A program made the translations under genes and the position numbers. The notes beneath the pieces were generated by a model. The model saw only the letters and a program-made list of their open reading frames with translations. It had not been told where the DNA came from and made no database searches. This document shows positions 60,972 through 64,000 of a stretch of DNA of 64,000 bases, in pieces. Origin of the DNA: a bacterium (GTDB lineage: Bacteria > UBA8248); assembly GCA_965202625.1 (NCBI GenBank), contig CBDBBI010000010.1, positions 1,280,001 to 1,344,000 of the forward strand, read 5' to 3'. The stretch's first letter is position 1, and each line of letters starts with the position of its first letter.

Positions 60972-61837
60972 TGGCTCGCCGCGGCGCCTCACGCCGGAGA
61001 CGCTCCCGCGCAAGAGCGGGACGCCCAATCCATCCGCTTGTGGGGGGCTTGCTCATCGCGTTTTCGATCCTCCTGCTCATCGGCGGCTTGGTCGCCATCT
61101 GGCCGAAAGAGGGACCCCAAGCCATGCTTGGCGCCTTGTTTAGCCTGTGGAATCCGACAGAACACAACAAGGAAACGCTCTGCCCCAAAACGGGGCCCGA
61201 AGCCGGAATCGTCATCCTGCTCGACTTGACGGATCGGATAGGCGCCACCCAACAGGCGCGGTTGCGTGACCTTCTCGAAAAGAAGATCGCCGACGCGCGC
61301 CAGAACACGCTTATCGCCGTGGGCGCGGTCGGATCCGCACCCGCCGAGCGCGGCGTAGATTTCGCCCTCTGCAAACCCATGGAAGAGAGCGCGGCGAATA
61401 CACTGTATCAAAACCCGCGTCTTGTAGCCGAGTCCTATGAAAAGCGCTTCCAACGTCCACTCAAGGCCAGTCTCGAAAAGATGCTGATCTTCCGAAGCGC
61501 GGAGCGCTCTCCGATCATGGAGTCGCTGCAAGCCGCGCTCGCCTCCACGCCCGGTTTTCTGGACGCCGCATATTCCCGCCGCGTCCTCATCGTCTCGGAC
61601 CTCCTCCAGCATAGCGCGGCTTTCAGCTTCTACCGAGGAGACACCTGGCGAAAATTCCAGCGTTCGCGCAACTTCGCACGACTCGCGCGAAGCCTTCATG
61701 GGGTGGACGTGGAAATTCTGCGTCTGCCGCGTCCCGAAGCGAAGATCGACTCCGCAGAAGTGGAGGATTTCTGGGCGAATTATTTCGATCAAGCGGGCGC
61801 GCGACGCGTTCGCAGCCGGATGCTCGGCGACCTGTGA
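60971..61837 (+). CDS. Membrane-anchored vWA-like protein
   Basis: Arg-rich N-terminus and one TM, IVILLDLTD (degenerate MIDAS), SPIMESL, VLIVSDLLQHS; TGATG coupling to the upstream gene. Confidence 0.7.
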   Translation: MARRGASRRRRSRARAGRPIHPLVGGLLIAFSILLLIGGLVAIWPKEGPQAMLGALFSLWNPTEHNKETLCPKTGPEAGIVILLDLTDRIGATQQARLRDLLEKKIADARQNTLIAVGAVGSAPAERGVDFALCKPMEESAANTLYQNPRLVAESYEKRFQRPLKASLEKMLIFRSAERSPIMESLQAALASTPGFLDAAYSRRVLIVSDLLQHSAAFSFYRGDTWRKFQRSRNFARLARSLHGVDVEILRLPRPEAKIDSAEVEDFWANYFDQAGARRVRSRMLGDL

Positions 61838-61841
61838 GTTC

Positions 61842-63041
61842 ATGATGGCGAACAGGATAAAACGCATTTACGACATATCGCCGCGCGATGCGGCGGACAA
61901 ATGGGCGCTTGGCCTCGCCTTCTTCCTGGGCGCGGGCGGCGCCTTCGCGCTCAAGCATTTAGGGGCACCTCCCCTTCTCGTCATGTTCTGGTCCGCATCC
62001 ATTCTTCTGGCATACGTGGCTGTCGCGTGGCTGCTCAAGCGCCTTCAGATTGAGGCGGAGACCATCGGGGACAACTGCTACTACCTCGGCTTCGTCTTCA
62101 CGCTCGCGAGCCTTGCCGGCACGCTCCACCTGCTTGGGTGGACCGAGGGGAAGGCTGACGCGATCCGCGACGTGATCTCCGGCTTTGGCGTCGCGCTCAC
62201 CTCGACCATCCTGGGTATCGTGCTGCGGGTATTGCTCATCCGCATGCGTCCTGACATCGTTGCCCGTGACCGTGAAGCCCGCAGAGAGCTTCATTTCGCG
62301 GTACGCGATTTTCGGGTAAACCTGTCGGCAAGCCTTACCGATCTCAAGCACTTTTCCGTCGAGACCGTGCAAGTCCTCTCCGAGCAGCGCGAGGAAATCC
62401 GCGCGGCGACCCGGGAGACCATCAAGGCGCTGACGGCAAGCATTGAAGAGCAGACGAAAATGGCGGGCGACGCGCTCACCGCCGCAGCCGACAAAACCGC
62501 GAAAGCAATTACCGGCGCGCTGACGAACGCCGCCTCCTCGCATGAGGAAATCCGGGTGACGACCCGGGAGACCACCAAAGCGCTGACGGCAAGCGTTGAA
62601 GAGCAGACGAAAATGGCGGGCGACGCGCTCACCGCCGCGGCCGACAAAACCGCGAAAGCAATTACCGACGCGCTGACGAAAGCCGCCGCCTCGCATGAGG
62701 AGTTTATCGCGCAGGTCGCCGGAATGCGTGAAGCCGTCGCCGACCTTGCGCGAAGGGAGTCCGAAATCCTCAAAACGCTCGTGGAGGACTCGACAAGCGT
62801 CTCCAGAGAGAGCGACAAGATGCAATCCGCGCTCGCGCGGCTCGCCGAGCGTCTTGAGGCGGTGTCGGCCAACCTCGACGCGGCGGCGAGCCGCGTTTCG
62901 GGTGAACTCGAGCCCGCTGCGAACACCATGGTGAGCGCGGTACTCGACGCGGGCGAGGCAATCCGCAAAATGACCGCCCAGGGAGCGCGAAGGGCCCCTT
63001 TCTGGCGACGGCTGCTGCCCCCCTGGCGGCGGCCCCGCTGA
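61842..63041 (+). CDS. MotA/TolQ/ExbB (ZorA-like) membrane protein with a long helical tail
   Basis: About 4 TM segments, GDNCYYLGFVFTLASL and ISGFGVALTSTILGI (resemble the MotA G.xGT and G.x.ALxTTxxG helices), followed by more than 250 aa of Ala/Thr-rich helix. Confidence 0.7.
   Translation: MMANRIKRIYDISPRDAADKWALGLAFFLGAGGAFALKHLGAPPLLVMFWSASILLAYVAVAWLLKRLQIEAETIGDNCYYLGFVFTLASLAGTLHLLGWTEGKADAIRDVISGFGVALTSTILGIVLRVLLIRMRPDIVARDREARRELHFAVRDFRVNLSASLTDLKHFSVETVQVLSEQREEIRAATRETIKALTASIEEQTKMAGDALTAAADKTAKAITGALTNAASSHEEIRVTTRETTKALTASVEEQTKMAGDALTAAADKTAKAITDALTKAAASHEEFIAQVAGMREAVADLARRESEILKTLVEDSTSVSRESDKMQSALARLAERLEAVSANLDAAASRVSGELEPAANTMVSAVLDAGEAIRKMTAQGARRAPFWRRLLPPWRRPR
62391..62696 (+). 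repeat. Intragenic tandem duplication, 2 x 153 bp (51 aa)
   Basis: EEIRAATRETIKALTASIEEQTKMAGDALTAAADKTAKAITGALTNAASSH followed by a near-identical copy starting at 62544. Confidence 0.95.
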
Positions 63042-63058
63042 GGAGGAGAGATCAGGAG

Positions 63059-64000
63059 ATGGCGCGCGATTCGCTTGCAGGTTTCACATCGGAAATCCAC
63101 TACCGGCGCGGCGCGATCATGGGGCTGACCGTCGCCGAAGCCTTCATGCTCGTGGCCTTCGCGCTGTTAATGCTGCTCGTGTTCTGGCGCCATGAAATAG
63201 AGGATGAATACAGGGAGGCCCGAGAACTCACCGAGCGCTTCTCGCCCGAGGAGCGGGCGGCGATAGCGGACCCGACGTCCAGGGACGCTTTGCTCGTATT
63301 GCTCGAACTTCAGGAGAAAAAATTTCACATCCAAAAAACGGCCCAGGCGCTCCTCTCAGGCGCGGTTCCCGTGGCGTCCGTTCGCCTTGCGGAACTGGAA
63401 ACCCGCGCCCGTCTCGTGGAGGAAGGCGTGCTCCGTCAGCTCGTCGAGGCCGCAGCTGTTTTGCCGCCGGAGCACAAAAGGACGCTCTCTCACCTCGTCG
63501 CGCTTCCCGACGCAAAGGAAACGATCGAGAAGATCGCTGCGCTTCAAACCGTGCTTCAAAAACGGCGCGCCGATGAGATCGCGGACGCACTCGCCCTCAA
63601 GGATTCCTCCAAACCGGACGCGCAGAAGATCATGGCATCACGGAAAAAAAAAGACGCCCAACTCCGCCGGCTTTTTGAAAAGGCAGCCCACTTACCGCTG
63701 GAGCAAAGGAGTAAACTTGCGGATTTGACCGAGCGCTTCCAATCCGGAGAACGGAGCGTCGATGAGGTCATGGACGCGCTCGCACTGAGGGATAACCTGG
63801 ATCCTTATGGTGAATACAGCAACGAGGCGCTGAAAAAAATAATTCAAGACCTCCGTGCTCAGGGAACGCGCGCGCGAAGCCGACTCGCTGAGGAGAAACA
63901 GGCGCGGAAGCGCCTCCTCGCCGACCTGCAGACTCAGCTCGGCGCCCAGATCGCTCAGGTTGGCGGGCGCATAGAGGCTACGGGCAAAATCGTAGTGCCC
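63059..64000 (+). CDS. MotB/ZorB-like protein, truncated by the right window edge
   Basis: Not in the ORF track; ATG 63059 after AGGAG: MARDSLAGFTSEIHYRRGAIMGLTVAEAFMLVAFALLMLLVFW (single TM with an acidic residue), a long helical linker, ending ...GGRIEATGKIVVP, which resembles the entry into an OmpA-like domain. Confidence 0.7.
   Translation, partial: MARDSLAGFTSEIHYRRGAIMGLTVAEAFMLVAFALLMLLVFWRHEIEDEYREARELTERFSPEERAAIADPTSRDALLVLLELQEKKFHIQKTAQALLSGAVPVASVRLAELETRARLVEEGVLRQLVEAAAVLPPEHKRTLSHLVALPDAKETIEKIAALQTVLQKRRADEIADALALKDSSKPDAQKIMASRKKKDAQLRRLFEKAAHLPLEQRSKLADLTERFQSGERSVDEVMDALALRDNLDPYGEYSNEALKKIIQDLRAQGTRARSRLAEEKQARKRLLADLQTQLGAQIAQVGGRIEATGKIVVP

Noticed and set aside
63644-63652. 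A9 tract as a phase-variation site in the MotB-like gene
   Set aside because: It is in frame (KKK) and there is no evidence of variation without reads.
61842-64000. Flagellar motAB or exbBD/tolQR
   Set aside because: There is no flagellar, TonB or Tol context, and the long tails, extra TMs and partner genes do not fit.

Overview
High-GC bacterial chromosomal window, probably from an uncultured lineage; taxonomy cannot be fixed from the sequence alone. From left to right it carries: a decaying surface-polysaccharide locus (intact GT4, broken GT9 and Wzx); a small ICL/PEP-mutase + ABM + two beta-hydroxyacid dehydrogenase operon; rhodanese-MoeB; an orphan DNA methyltransferase; ino1, nth and tRNA-Arg(CCG); a perfect (GCACCTC)23 array lying between a strong-looking sigma70 promoter and a 1463-aa Type ISP-like nuclease-helicase-methyltransferase; two CocE/NonD hydrolases; and about 25 kb of co-oriented minus-strand catabolic genes ending near tRNA-Ala(GGC). 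The 26.5-43.7 kb part of that block is bracketed by a 101-bp direct repeat and includes an AhpD/CMD protein that the ORF track splits in two but which reads as one selenoprotein (CEY-UGA followed by a SECIS-like hairpin). The right end holds a tightly packed operon of a multi-TM coiled-coil protein, a membrane-anchored vWA-like protein, a MotA/ZorA-like protein with an internally duplicated tail and a MotB/ZorB-like protein cut by the window edge. That operon is the best candidate for an undescribed Zorya-like system. All calls come from motif recognition by eye; no searches were run.
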